Source: Octopus sinensis | Taxonomy: Eukaryota | Assembly: GCF_006345805.1 (NCBI RefSeq) | Contig: NW_021829096.1 | Location: forward strand, 1-6,826 | DNA: 6,826 nucleotides | Direction of reading: 5' to 3' | Shown: in pieces, positions 6,502 to 6,826 of the stretch | How positions within the stretch are numbered: position 1 is the first letter of the stretch | How the letters are laid out: the number at the start of each line of letters is the position of its first letter | Made by a program: the position numbers and the translations under genes | Notes under the pieces: model-generated | The model's input: only the letters and a program-made list of their open reading frames with translations | Told to the model about the DNA's origin: nothing | Databases searched by the model: none

Positions 6502-6826
6502 AGGTGCAGGAGTGGCTGTGTCGTAAGTAACTTGATTCCCAACCACATGGTTCCGGGTTCATTCCCACTGCATGGCACCTTGGGCAATTGTCTTCTACTA
6601 TAGCCTCAGGCCGACATTGTGAGTGGATTTGGTAGACGGAAACTGAAAGAAGCCCGTCGTATATATATACAAATGAGTGTGTATATGTTTGTGTGTCTGT
6701 GTTTGTCTCCCCTCCCCCAACATCACTTGACAACCGATGGTGGTGTGTTTACGTCCCCGTAACATAGCGGTTCTGCAAAAGATATCGATAGAATAAGTAC
6801 TAGGCTTACAAAGAATAAGTCCTGGT
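6502..6826 (+). mobile_element. CORE-type SINE, cut by the window edge
   Basis: aggtgcaggagtggctgtgtcgtaag head, ggcaccttgggcaattgtcttctactatagcc, linker, and 3' module up to aataagtcctgg. Confidence 0.92.

Overview
This is non-coding, repeat-saturated eukaryotic DNA, most likely coleoid cephalopod (Octopus-like). That assignment is an inference from recalled SINE families, not a database search. I find no credible intact protein-coding gene, RNA gene or CRISPR array; the listed ORFs are read-throughs of microsatellites, SINEs or antisense LINE sequence. The window holds about 6 copies of a tRNA-headed CORE-type SINE and about 8 copies or fragments of a second tRNA-headed SINE with a Meta/MESC-like central domain. 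It also holds a 217-bp mariner MITE retaining the transposase C-terminus, a decayed 3' end of an L1/Tx1-type LINE ORF2 with a zinc-knuckle remnant spread over several frames, a ~350-bp Helentron-type non-autonomous element, and large di- and trinucleotide microsatellites. I see no strong evidence for a new biological system. The most interesting signals are the hidden LINE remnant, the structured Helentron-like element, a module and hairpin shared by the two SINE families, and closely spaced inverted SINE pairs.
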